A stretch of DNA of 64,000 nt from Macrostomum lignano (Eukaryota): the NCBI GenBank assembly GCA_002269645.1, contig NIVC01001827.1, positions 62,001 through 126,000 of the forward strand, read 5' to 3'. This document shows, piece after piece, positions 1 through 11,557 of this stretch. Position numbers and translations under genes: made by a program. Numbering within the stretch: position 1 is the first letter of the stretch; each line of letters starts with the position of its first letter. Below the pieces are notes generated by a model. That model saw only the letters and a list, made by a program, of their open reading frames with translations. It did no database searches and was not told the DNA's origin.

Positions 1-606
1 TGAAACTGGTGGATCAGTAGCGGTGGGGAATCAGAAACTGGTGGATCAGTAGCGGTGGGGAATCAGAAACTGATGGATCAGTAGCGGTGGGGAATCAGAA
101 ACTGGTGGATCAGTAGCGGTGGGGAATCAGAAACTGGTGGATCAGTAGCGGTGGGGAATCAGAAACTGGTGGATCAGTAGCGGTGGGGAATCAGAAACTG
201 ATGGATCAGTAGCGGTGGGGAATCAGAAACTGGTGGATCAGTAGCGGTGGGGAATCAGAAACTGGTGGATCAGTAGCGGTGGGGAATCAGAAACTGGTGG
301 ATCAGTAGCGGTGGGGAATCAGAAACTGATGGATCAGTAGCTGTGGGGGAATCAGAAACTGATGGATCAGTAGCTGTGGGGGAATCAGAAACTGATGGAT
401 CAGTAGCGGTGGGGAATCAGAAACTGGTGGATCAGTAGCGGTGGGGAATCAGAAACTGATGGATCTGTAGCGGTGGGGAATCAGAAACTGATGGATCAGT
501 AGCGGTGGGGAATCAGAAACTGGTGGATCAGTAGCGGTGGGGAATCAGAAACTGGTGGATCAGTAGAGTTGGGGGAATCAGAAACTGATGGATCAGTAGA
601 GGTGGG

Positions 607-791
607 TGTGGCGCCGCTTGGCGGTGCTCATTAACTATCTATGTGCTAAAGCTTGAAACGGCTGCGCTCGTATTATAGGCGGCATATGGCCGTCAGTCAT
701 TCTGATGGGCTATCGGCGAAAGGCTCGTTTTCTTTGCTCAGCTAAGAGCTCTCGTAAACAGGAGAGTCCACTTCATTGCTACGACACGACA
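607..791 (+). mobile_element. Solo LTR (185 bp, TG...CA) with 5-bp target-site duplication GTGGG
   Basis: TGTGGCGCC...ACGACACGACA, flanked by GTGGG at 602-606 and 792-796. Differs from the LTR at 863-1047 at one position that I could see. Confidence 0.9.
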
Positions 792-1047
792 GTGGGGGAA
801 TCAGAAACTGGTGGATCAGTAGAGTTGGGGGAATCAGAAACTGATGGATCAGTAGAGGTGGGTGTGGCGCCGCTTGGCGGTGCTCATTAACTATCTATGT
901 GCTAAAGCTTGAAACGGCTGCGCTCGTATTATAGGCGGCATATGGCCGTCAGTCATTCTGATGGGCTATCGGCGAAATGCTCGTTTTCTTTGCTCAGCTA
1001 AGAGCTCTCGTAAACAGGAGAGTCCACTTCATTGCTACGACACGACA

Positions 1048-2684
1048 GTGGCGTCGCGAGCAGACGATCTGCCGCTGAACGACCCCGCAATGCTGAAACT
1101 CGAGGATGTTAAGCAGGCAACTGCGACCGACTCAGTGCTGCTGGGCATCAAACGCCGGATCCGCGACAACGTCTGGAGCAACTGCTCAGCGGAGCGAGAG
1201 GTGGCCGTAGCCCAGCGGTAGCGCAGCTGCTCTGGTGTGCCAGCGGCCCAGGCTCGATTCCAAGTGCAGCCACATTAACTTGGGGCTGAATTGGAATTTC
1301 GGCTTGGCTCTGCTCGTGCAATTAACGGCCTTGAGAGCCAACCCCCCAAGGCACAGTGAAGTGTACATGCCTAACGATAAAATAAAGTTAGGGCCGCTGT
1401 ACACTCCTGTGTGAGTGTGTGCCTGCGTACGTATCCGCGCGCTTGTATGCCTGCTCAGGGGAGTCGGCGGAATGGGCAGTAATGCCTCTCGCCGGTTGTG
1501 TGCCTATGTCGCTTAAAGTGCGCCAGGGTGCGCACAACCCCCCTGCCTCTAATAAAAAAAACTGCTCAGCGGCCGAACGTCCCTTTAAGAGCGTGCGCCA
1601 GCAGCTGTCCGTCGAGGACGGCGTCATCTGCCTGAGTGATCTGGTGGTGCCGCCAGCCGTGCTGCGACCTCAGCTGCTGCAAGCGGCACACGCCGACACC
1701 CACTGCGGAGCGCTGGCGACGCGCAACCGGCTCAAGCGAGAGGCCTGGTGGCTGGGTCACTGCGACGACGTCGAGCGATACGTCAAGCAGTGTGTGAAGT
1801 GCGCGGAGATCCGCAGGCCAACAGCCCGCACGACGCACACCTGGCCAGCGGAGACCACGGCGTGGCAGCGTGTGCACATTGACCACGCGCAAGTGCAAGG
1901 AGCCGGCTCCCTCCTCATTGCGGTGGACGCCTACTCTGGTTGGCCTGAGGCGGTGCTGGTACCCGACAGGACGGCCAGAACGACGTTGCGGGTTCTGCGG
2001 GCTATCTTCTCGAGGCTTGGCGTGCCCCGGACCCTGGTATCCGACAACGCGCCAGAATTCTGCGACGGCGAGCTGCAGCAGTAGCTACAGCGCATTGGGT
2101 GCAACCTGGTGCACTTGCCGCCGTACCATCCGCAGTCCAACGGCTGTGCTGAGCGCATGGTCCAGACGGTGAAACACGGGCTCCGGGCATTCGCAGCGCA
2201 CCGCGGATCCTTCGAAGCGTACCTGGCCAAGCTGCTGCTCAATTACCATTCGACGGCGAGGAGCGACGGCCGGGGCAGCCCGTCGGCGCTGATGGGCCGA
2301 CAGCTGAGGAGTCCGCTGACAATGACCTTCGAAATCGACGCACCAGTCGTTTACCAGCCAAGCTCCAGTGCAACGGCCGAGCCAGAGCGCTTTGTGGTCC
2401 AAGCTGGCAGCAACACGGCGGTGATCATCCGCGACAACAACCGGCCGGTCTTCGCCCATCGGGACCAAATTCGGCCGCTACCGGTCGACTCGAAAGTCAC
2501 GCCAGGGCAGGAGCAAGTGACCGGGCGCGGACCAGAGACAGCGGCTGAGAAGACTCCGCGGCCGAGCCCGAGACTCAGCGGCCGGGCAGCCCCAACACCG
2601 AAAGCGAGGTGCCGGCGGCCCCGAGGCGTAGCGAACGCGAAAACAAAGAAGTTCCCCCCGAGCGGCTCACTCCTCGGGAGGGGG
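1048..2684 (+). pseudogene. Gypsy pol remnant: connection region plus HHCC zinc-binding and DDE integrase core; broken by a SINE and a premature stop
   Basis: HADTH...CVKC; WQRVHIDHAQ...AVDAYSGWPEA; LVSDNAPEF; PPYHPQSNGCAERMVQTVK. In-frame TAG at 2082-2084. Removing the SINE and one TSD copy restores the frame (VWSNCSAAERPFK). Confidence 0.9.
1193..1559 (+). mobile_element. tRNA-derived SINE, family A (full length), inserted in the LTR element
   Basis: A-box-like TAGCCCAGCGG and B-box-like GGCTCGATTCC; ends CCTCTAATAAAAAA; 13-bp TSD AACTGCTCAGCGG at 1180-1192 and 1560-1572. Confidence 0.9.
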
Positions 2685-5024
2685 TGTGGCGCCGCTTGGC
2701 GGTGCTCATTAACTATCTATGTGCTAAAGCTTGAAACGGTTGCGCTCGTATTACAGGCGGCATATGGCTGTCGTCATTTTTCTAGTAAATAAAAAGACTG
2801 CTTGGGCTATCGGCGAAATGCTCATTTTCTTTGCTCAGCTAAGAGCTCTCGTAAACAGGAGAGTCCACTTCATTGCTACGACACGACAGTGGGGGAATCA
2901 GAAACTGGTGGATCAGTAGCGGTGGGGAATCAGAAACTGATGGATCAGTAGCGGTGGGGAATCAGAAACTGATGGATCAGTAGCGGTGGGGAATCAGAAA
3001 CTGGTGGATCAGTAGCGGTGGGGAATCAGAAACTGATGGATCAGTAGCGGTGGGGAATCAGAAACTGATGGATCAGTAGAGGTGGGGGAATCAGAAACTG
3101 ATGGATCAGTAGAGGTGGGGGAATCAGAAACTGATGGATCAGTAGCGGTGGAGAATCAGAAACTGATGGATCAGTAGCGGTGGAGAATCAGAAACTGATG
3201 GATTAGTAGCGGTGGAGAATCAGAAACTGATGGATCAGTAGCTGTGGGGAATCAGAAACTGGTGGATCAGTAGAGTTGGGGGAATCAGAAACTGATGGAT
3301 CAGTAGCGGTGGAGAATCAGAAACTGGTGGATCAGTAGCGGTGGGGAATCAGAAACTGATGGATCCGTAGCGGTGGGGAATCAGAAACTGATGGAACAGT
3401 AGCGGTGGAGAATCAGAAACTGATGGATCCGTAGCGGTGGGGAATCAGAAACTGATGGATCAGTAGCGGTGGGGAATCAGAAACTGGTGGATCAGTAGCG
3501 GTGGGGAATCAGAAACTGATGGATCAGTAGCGGTGGGGAATCAGAAACTGATGGATCAGTAGCGGTGGGGAATCAGAAACTGATGGATCCGTAGCGATGG
3601 GGAATCAGAAACTGATGGATCAGTAGCGGTGGGGAAACAGAAACTGATGGATCAGTAGCGGTGGGGAATCAGAAACTGATGGATCAGTAGCGGTGGGGAA
3701 TCAGAAACTGATGGATCCGTAGCGGTAGGGAATCAGAAACTGATGGATCAGTAGCGGTGGGGAATCAGAAACTGATGGATCAGTAGCTGTGGGGGAATCA
3801 GAAACTGATGGATCAGTAGCGGTCGGGAATCAGAAACTGGTGGATCAGTAGAGTTGGGGGAATCAGAAACTGATGGATCAGTAGCGGTGGGGAATCAGAA
3901 ACTGATGGATCAGTAGCGGTGGGGAATCAGAAACTGATGGATCCGTAGCGGTAGGGAATCAGAAACTGATGGATCAGTAGCGGTGGGGAATCAGAAACTG
4001 ATGGATCAGTAGCGGTGGAGAATCAGAAACTGATGGATCAGTAGCGGTGGGGAATCAGAAACTGGTGGATCTGTAGCGGTGGAGAATCAGAAACTGGTGG
4101 ATCAGTAGCGGTGGGGAATCAGAAACAGCCACACCGCTTCAGAATTCAAACGGCAATGAAGAGTTCGAACAGGCATATACCCACATATTCGCATAGCAGT
4201 ACTCAACGCCGAAGGGGCTGGAGCCAGATCGAGGATATTAATTAGCCGCGCGAGCGCAGAAAATTGGATCAGCGCCAGTTTCGTTATCTTGTTCATTTTT
4301 TTGTTATTGTTGCTCAGTGCAGAGCTCGAGAGCCCGGGTTCGAGCTCCCTAACTCCCAGCAGCGTGAATTAGCATAATTAGCTTTTTGGCGCCCGACACC
4401 CTCACCCTGGCGCGGCGCCGTCAGCCTCTTGGGAGATAAGATGAAGAGGCCGCAGTTCGTGACTGATTCTTCATCTGTGGTTCTCTCTCTTGATCACCCC
4501 TGCACTTATTCTCATTGTGCTGATCTCGTAAGCACCCAATCAGGCTAATGGCAGGGGAGGGGGTGTAGATCCTTCATCTCTTCCCAGACGAAGGTCTAGG
4601 CGGAGGCTGGCGGAGGCTGGAAGCCGGTTGCTTCATAGAGTGCCGTGAGCATGTGCGGGATCTGATTAATATCCGTGCCGAGCACTGATTTTTCAGACCC
4701 AATTGAAATTATTTTTCGACTGGAAGAGCAGGGCAGTTTGGGTTTAACCTCAATGTCGGGCCAATGTCGTGATCACGTGTTCCAGACAATTGTCTGCAAT
4801 TTTTTTAAAGTGCCCTGTAAAAGTTTATCCTCTCTTGTCCTCCTGTCTGACCGCAAAAAACTTCTGAAACTTCTGAGCTAAATTAAAAACAATTTTAGCT
4901 TGAGAATTGTGCACCAAAGTTGGCTTCTACTGCATATCAAAGAGTGATGCACCATGCGCTCAGGGGTCAGTGTCCGTTCTGATTTGCCGTTTCCAAGGTA
5001 AACATCCGGTTGCTAAGTGAGCAG

Positions 5025-5370
5025 GGAGGGTGCCGTAGCCCCTTCTGGTCCAGCTGCGGCCCAGGCTCGATTCCCAGTGCAGCCACATTAACTTGGGGCT
5101 AAATTGGAATCTCGGCTTGGCTCTGCTCGTGCAATTAACGGCCTTGAGGGCCAACCCCCAAGGCACAGTGAAGTGTACATGCCTAACGATAAATAAAGTT
5201 AGGGCCGCTGTACACTCCTGTGTGAGTGTGTGCCTGTGCGTATAACTGCGTACGTATCCGCGCGCTTGTGTGCCTGCTCAGGGGAGTCGGCGGAATGGGC
5301 AGCAATGCCGTCGCCGGTTGTGTGACAATGTCGCTTAAAGTGCGCCAGGGTGCACACAGCTCACTAAAAA
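5025..5370 (+). mobile_element. SINE family A copy (diverged head)
   Basis: Body matches 1245-1530. Imperfect TSD AAGTGAGCAG (5015-5024) / AAGTGAGAAG (5371-5380). Confidence 0.85.
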
Positions 5371-5883
5371 AAGTGAGAAGCAATAGAAGAATCGATGATA
5401 ATCAACTTGAATTAGCAATCAAATTTCACTTTTAATTTGCTGTGCTTTTGTTAGTAACTTAATACAGCTCAAATTTTTGAAGTCCAAGGTTGCATGGTTG
5501 GAAATTTAGCAAGCTTAATTTCCTTGTTGTCTGAGCTGCTCATAGTGGGGGATCCCAATCATAGTGGGGGGGGGGGCAGAACACAGCATCTCAGCATTCT
5601 GACTCTGCATCTGCAACTAAGAATAAGCGATGCAGGTTGAATTCCTATTATAGGGGAAAATTGTAATAAAAAATCCCCGCTCAAACGAAGTCCGATGAGA
5701 GGTCGGGGAGTCGGCGGTTTTCCCTTTGTGTGGCCGATCGATGAAGGCCCAGCTCAGAATCTGTTCTTTTTCCAAAAACAAACCGTTAGACCGTCTAGAG
5801 GAAGTATAGGGAAGATTTAATACCAAGGTAGGTAGAATTGATCAATCATATTTATGATTTCTCATACCTTTGTTGATACCTAC

Positions 5884-6433
5884 ACTGCCATACCGACACT
5901 GCCATACCGACACTGCCATACCGACACTCCCATACCGACACTCCCATACCGACACTCCCATACCGACATCTCCCATACCGACACTCCCATACCGACACTC
6001 CCATACCGACACTCCCATACCGACACTCCCATACCGACACTGCCATACCGACACTGCCATACCGACACTGCCATACCGACACTCCCATACCGACACTCCC
6101 ATACCGACACTCCCATACCGACACTCCCATACTGACACTCCCATACCGACATTCCCATACCGACACTGCCATACCGACACTCCCATACCGACACTCCCAT
6201 ACCGACACTCCCATACCGACATTCCCATACCGACACTCCCATACCGACATTCCCATACCGACATTCCCATACCGACATTCCCATACCGACACTCCCATAC
6301 CGACATTCCCATACCGACACTCCCATACCGACATTCCCATACCGACACTCCCATACCGACATTTCCATACCGACATTCCCATACCGACATTCCCATACCG
6401 ACACTCCCATACCGACACTCCCATACCGACACA
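5884..6433. repeat. 14-bp minisatellite (ACTCCCATACCGAC)n at the start of the SK intron
   Basis: Period 14; begins about 20 bp inside the donor. Produces the spurious [12 protein letters not shown] ORFs. Confidence 0.97.
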
Positions 6434-6453
6434 CCAATATCAATAATTCTCAC

Positions 6454-7695
6454 CTTGTCGTACTGCTTGGCCATGAATAGCTCGGTCTCCAGCACCATTA
6501 CCGCTATGCCGAACATGCCAAAGCCCAGCGCGTAGTCCGACAGCCGCTTGCGCTTCTCGTACAGCTCGCGCCGCCTGCCCAGCCGATAGCCGACGCTCCG
6601 GCTCTGCCTGCTCGCCAACGACGGCGTTGCCTCCGGCTGAGGAGAGTTGAGGTCTGCCCCGGCGCCGGCGCCGGCGCCACCAGAAGTTCCTGCTGAGGCG
6701 GTGGTGACGGCAGCGAAGGCAGCGACGGGGCTCGCCGAGGCAGCTTCAGAATCAGCCGCGGGCAGCAGCTGATCACCACCATCGCCGCCCGCAGCCCCAG
6801 ATGTAGCGGCGCCAGCAGCAGCGCCTGAAGCGACGGCATCGGGAGCGGCGCCAGCTTCGATTCGAGATCGTGCGGCGGCCGCCACCGACCCGGAGGCCTC
6901 ATCCTCGCAGGAGGTTGCTCGGCCAGACAGTGCCTGCACCCGCTTCAGCTGCTTGAAGCCGCTGATGGCGCCGTTGACTCGCATCAGGTCGGCGCCGACA
7001 TCCGTGAGGCCTCCGCCGCGATTAGCGGCCGATCGCCACGAGTCACCACCGCTGACGCCGCCGCTGACGCCACCACCACCGCCACCGCCGGCTCCACTGC
7101 CTGCAGCGACTGGCGGATGCGGAAACCGCATGCCGCAGCAGCAGGCCATCGGCTTGTTCGGGTGCATCAGCGGCCGTTGCAGACCGCCAAAGGCGCCATC
7201 GCGACCTTCCGAAGCGGCGGCTACGGCTGCGGCAGCAGCGGCTGCAGCGGCGGCAGCGGCCGCCTCTCCAAGAGTGGTTTCACTGTGCCGCCGCTGGCTT
7301 AAACGGGAAATCGCCTCGTCGACGCCGTCGTCGAAGTCATCGTCATCGCATTCGTCATCTTCTTCGTTGTCGATGTCGAGGTCTTTGTCGACGTCTGGGT
7401 GTCGACGTCGGTTTCGACGGCTGCGACAGACCACCGGCTCCCCTCCTGGGGCCAGCAGTCTGTGCGGCTGCAATGCCGCCGCCGCGGCCGCAGCCGCTGC
7501 GGCAGTCGGTGGTCGCAGCGTCTCCAAGGCGACACTCCGCTGACGCTGGGTGACGGAGGCGCGCAGGCTGTGCGGCTGCAGATGACGACGCCATTCTTCG
7601 GGCGATTCCGGTGTCGCGGGCTGCTGCTTCTGCTGTGGCGGTCGCTGCTGACGCGCCGGTTCGGGGAGCTCTTCGACGAGGACTTCCATATCCAT
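6454..7695 (-). CDS. SK (KCNN): Small-conductance Ca2+-activated K+ channel, 5' coding exon (long low-complexity N-terminus plus S1); downstream exons lie left of the window
   Basis: [39 protein letters not shown]...YDK is the hallmark SK pre-S1/S1 segment. Phase-0 donor AAG|GTGAGA at 6454/6453. First ATG (MDMEV) at 7695. A candidate acceptor TTTCTCTCCGCTGCAACAG could extend the exon to 7797, so the true start is uncertain. Confidence 0.9.
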
Positions 7696-8018
7696 ATCCG
7701 TGACAGGCTTTCTACTCGGTGGTGTGCTCAGTGAGTGCCGGATAGCAAGTGTCGACCTGGTTAGTTGGCACGTGTCGATATCGCGTCGAAGAAATGCCTG
7801 TTGCAGCGGAGAGAAATAGGCTGGGCGCCCTCGGTTGATGTGCCAGTAAGACCGCTTGCTAATGGCTGCAGCCAAAAGCCAATGAGGGAGCCCTGGGGGG
7901 GGGGGGTCGCGACCGTGATTTGGGGAGTCGGCTGTATTTTTTTAAGCTGACTGATGTCGGTAGCCATGGATTCAGGATGCCGTTATTTTGGGTACGACCC
8001 CAGTGGCAACCCTACCAT

Positions 8019-9335
8019 GAAGGAATGGAGGATAGCGAGACACCCTCTCCTGAAGGAATGGAGGATAGCGAGACACCCTCTCCTGAAGGAATGGAGGATA
8101 GCGAGACACCCTCTCCTGAAGGAATGGAGGATAGCGAGACATCCTCTTCTGAAGGAATGGGGGATAGCGATACCCCTCTCCTAAAGGAATGGAGGATAGC
8201 GATACCCCTCTCCTGAAGGAATGGAGGATAGCGAGACATCCTCTTCTGAAGGAATGGGGGATAGCGATACCCCTCTCCTAAAGGAATGGAGGATAGCGAT
8301 ACCCCTCTCCTGAAGGAATGGAGGATAGCGAGACACCCTCTCCTGAAGGAATGGAGGATAGCGAGACACCCTCTCCTGAAGGAATGGAGGATAGCGAGAC
8401 ACCCTCTCCTGAAGGAATGGAGGATAGCGAGACATCCTTTTCTGAAGGAATGGGGGATAGCGATACCCCTCTCCTAAAGGAATGGAGGATAGCGAGACAT
8501 CCTCTCCTGAAGGAATGGGGGATAGCGAGACACCCTCTCCTGATATGCATTAATGGAGTATAGCGATGCAACCTCACTGAAGGATGAGAGGACAGCGACA
8601 CTCCTCCCCTGAAGGATGGTTAGATAGCGACACATCCTTTCCAAAAAGATAGAGGATAGGGAGGCATCCTCTTCTGAAGGATGATAGAATTGCGACACTC
8701 TCTCTCCTGAAGGATGGGAGGATGGCGACACTCTCTCTCCTGAAGGATGGGAGGATAGCGACACTCTCTCTCCTGAAGGATTGGAACATGGTGAAACTCT
8801 CTCTCCTGAAGGATGATAAACACCCTTTCTTGAAGGATGGGACATGGGAGGATGGAGACACTCCCTCTCCTGAAGGATGGGAGGATGGCGACACTCTCTC
8901 TCCTGAAGGATGGGAGGATGGCGACACTCTCTCTCCTGAAGGATGGGAGGATGGCGACACTCTCTCTCCTGAAGGATGGGAGGATAGCGACACTCTCTCT
9001 CCTGAAGGATGGGAGGATGGCGACACTCTCTCTCCTGAAGGATGGGAGGATGGCGACACTCTCTCTCCTGAAGGATGGGAGGATGGCGACACTCTCTCTC
9101 CTGAAGAAGGGGAGGATAGCGACACTCTCTCTCCTGAAGGATTGGAACATGGTGAAACTCTCTATCCTCCCTATCCTCCCTATCATCCTTTCTTGAAGGA
9201 TGGGACATGGGAGGATGGAGACACTCCCTCTCCTGAAGGATGGTTAGATAGCGACACACCCATTCCTAAAAGATGGAGGATAGGGAGGGATAGGATGAAT
9301 GATAGGGGGATAGCGTCACACCCTCCCCGAAGGAT
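8019..9335. repeat. 33-bp minisatellite with two sub-types (GAAGGAATGGAGGATAGCGAGACACCCTCTCCT, then GAAGGATGGGAGGATGGCGACACTCTCTCTCCT)
   Basis: Direct reading; 11-aa periodic spurious ORFs. Confidence 0.95.
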
Positions 9336-9731
9336 GGGGCAGTCTACGTGACGCCACAACAGCTCGAGTAGACAGACAATCGTGAATCAAAATACAGGTA
9401 TATGTTATCGAATAATGAAAGCCAGGCGGGGAGTTGACGCGAAACGCTCGGCAAACAGTGTATGAAAATCATCTCTCCTTGTGCACGAACGCGTGTATTA
9501 TGTATGGACTGTAAATGCGACCCCACACGTAGCGCCCAGCTGTCAACACAAGAGGTCAGCCATTCCAGGCTACATGTAAGCAAACAATATTCCGATTGAT
9601 TTCTCTGATTGCGGCAAATACAGCTGCAAATCACCATTTTGACCGACAAAGAGACCGCGCAGCTTCATTTCCGCTTCATCAGAACCAAATCACCACTACC
9701 ACGGCGGGGTTAGGCGGCAAAAGCAGATATA

Positions 9732-9903
9732 CGAGGGCTGTCCAAAAGTACTAAATTTTAGTTTAAAACTTTTTTCCATTGTCTGTTTTTTATGATGTTA
9801 AAGTTAACATAAAGAAGAGAGTTGCCGCTATAAATCTGTGCAAAATAATGTTATTTGGATCAGCAGAACAAGTGAAAAGTAACTACTGTTTGGACAGCCC
9901 TCA
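9732..9903. mobile_element. Small Tc1/mariner-type MITE
   Basis: TA|CGAGGGCTGTCCAAA...TTTGGACAGCCCTCA|TA: 15-bp TIR with one mismatch and TA flanks. Confidence 0.7.
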
Positions 9904-10689
9904 TACTAACTTAGCCAAAATCTACTTCTATTTAACCCGCCTGACCACCAATACCAATGCGCTCATCAATGAGTTTCCCTCTTCTGTAAGGAGGAGAAAA
10001 TATTGCACAGAAGGTCACATTTCGGCAGGGAATCCTGCGCGTTCTGTCGACCTACTATAAGTAGCTAATTAGGAGGAAAGCAGCTGAAAAACAAGCCTTT
10101 AAATTTTATGAGAACTTCCATTCAAAAGTCAAGTCAACAATATATATTTTCATTAATTTTCTCTATAACTATCAAAATCAAAACAGTAAATTTATTGAAG
10201 ATTTGGACGCAATCAGAGTTTTAAAAAGTGGAATAACTGAAACAGTGTTATGCATGATTGATTTTTCCACCTGTAGAATATGCTCCTTTCCAGAAGGCTG
10301 TAATTAAATATTAATCAGACAATCAAGACAGCAGAAATAGAAGACGGAATACAAAGTACTTTTAGGCTAACAATAGCAAATGCAATTAAAGTGAATAAGA
10401 TTACTGTAATAAGATTACTTGACAGCTCTGCTGTATTCAAAATAATTAACTCATTATACAGAAAGTACTAAACATTAAGCATGCTGATAATAAGCTAATA
10501 GTAAAATGCATACTTGGAAACATAGTAAACACACTGAGTCCCTTGCTATAAAGATGCGAAGTCAAAACAAATCAAATAGCATAAATTACAATAACGAGAA
10601 CCTCTCTAAGATGGTAAAAAATTGTGAGAATTAAAGTCAAATAACTAGCTCGTATTAAGGATATACAAGAAGAAAACTTCTTGCACACC

Positions 10690-11546
10690 CGAAACCCTAC
10701 ACCCTAGGCCGATCCCACACCCTATACCGATCCCATACCCTAGTCCCAATCCCACACCCTTACCCTGAGTCCCACATCCTAGTCCCAATCCCACACCCTT
10801 ACCCTGAATCCCACATCCTAGTCCCAATCCCACACCCTAGTCCCAATCCCACACCCTACCGCCAATCCCACACCCTAGTCCCAATCCCACACCCTACCCC
10901 CAATCCCACACCCTTACCCTCAATCCCACATCCTAGTCCCAATCCCACACCCTACCCCCAATCCCACACCCTATCCCCAATCCCACACCCTAGTCCCAAT
11001 CCCACACCCTAGTCCCAATCCCACACCCTACCCCCAATCCCACACCCTAGTCCCAATCCCACACCCTAGTCCCAATCCCACACCCTAGTCCCAATCCCAC
11101 ACCCTACCCCCAATCCCACACCCTACCCCCAATCCCACGCCCTAGTCCCAATCCCACACCCTACCCCCAATCCCACGCCCTAGTCCCAATCCCACACCCT
11201 AGTCCCAATCCCACACCCTAGTCCCAATCCCACACCCTACCCCCAATCCCACACCCTAGTCCCAATCCCACACCCTAGTCCCAATCCCACACCCTAGTCC
11301 CAATCCCACACCCTAGTCCCAATCCCACACCCTAGTCCCAATCCCACACCCTAGTCCCAATCCCACACCCTAGTCCCAATCCCACACCCTAGTCCCAATC
11401 CCACACCCTAGTCCCAATCCCACACCCTAGTCCCAATCCCACACCCTACCCCCAATCCCACACCCTAGTCCCAATCCCACACCCTACCCCCAATCCCACA
11501 CCCTATCCCCAATCCCACACCCTACCCCCAATCCCACACCCTACTC
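10690..11546. repeat. 19-bp C-rich minisatellite (CCCAATCCCACACCCTAGT)n
   Basis: Direct reading; three CCC runs per unit; starts about 12 bp past the stop of the coiled-coil gene. Confidence 0.97.
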
Positions 11547-11557
11547 CAAATCTCTAA

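Larger units (their letters stand above)
863..2888 (+). mobile_element. Internally deleted Ty3/Gypsy LTR retrotransposon (LTR-PBS-partial pol/integrase-PPT-LTR)
   Basis: 5' LTR 863-1047 and 3' LTR 2685-2888. TSD GTGGG at 858-862 and 2889-2893. PBS TGGCGTCGCGAGCAG at 1049. Polypurine tract GGGAGGGGG just before 2685. Integrase motifs inside; no gag, protease or RT. Confidence 0.92.
1..4126. repeat. 32-bp minisatellite (GAAACTG[G/A]TGGATCAGTAGCGGTGGGGAATCA)n, interrupted by LTR sequences; lies in the presumed SK intron
   Basis: Period 32 read directly (units start at 2 and 34). Segments are 1-606, 792-862 and 2889-4126. Confidence 0.97.

Noticed and set aside
1-4126. CRISPR-like appearance of regularly spaced repeats (also 15271-17620)
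   Set aside because: Units are contiguous with no unique spacers, there are no cas genes, and the context is eukaryotic.
4308-4350. tRNA-like A/B boxes (TTGCTCAGTGCAGAGC...GGGTTCGAGCTCC)
   Set aside because: Too short for a cloverleaf, with no anticodon arm; at most a decayed SINE head.
4387-4400. TGGCGCCCGA resembling a tRNA-Lys primer-binding site
   Set aside because: No preceding LTR end (CA) and no downstream gag/pol.
5842-6453. Read-through of the 677-aa SK ORF into ([12 protein letters not shown])n
   Set aside because: A canonical donor at 6453 falls exactly at the end of the conserved SK segment; the rest is a stop-free 14-bp repeat.
8012-9351. Multiple repeat-protein-like ORFs (MEDSETPSPEG)n
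   Set aside because: They are translations of a 33-bp minisatellite, open in several frames on both strands.
10690-11546. Interstitial telomeric repeat
   Set aside because: The unit is a 19-mer with CCCAAT/CCCTAG variants, not (CCCTAA)n.
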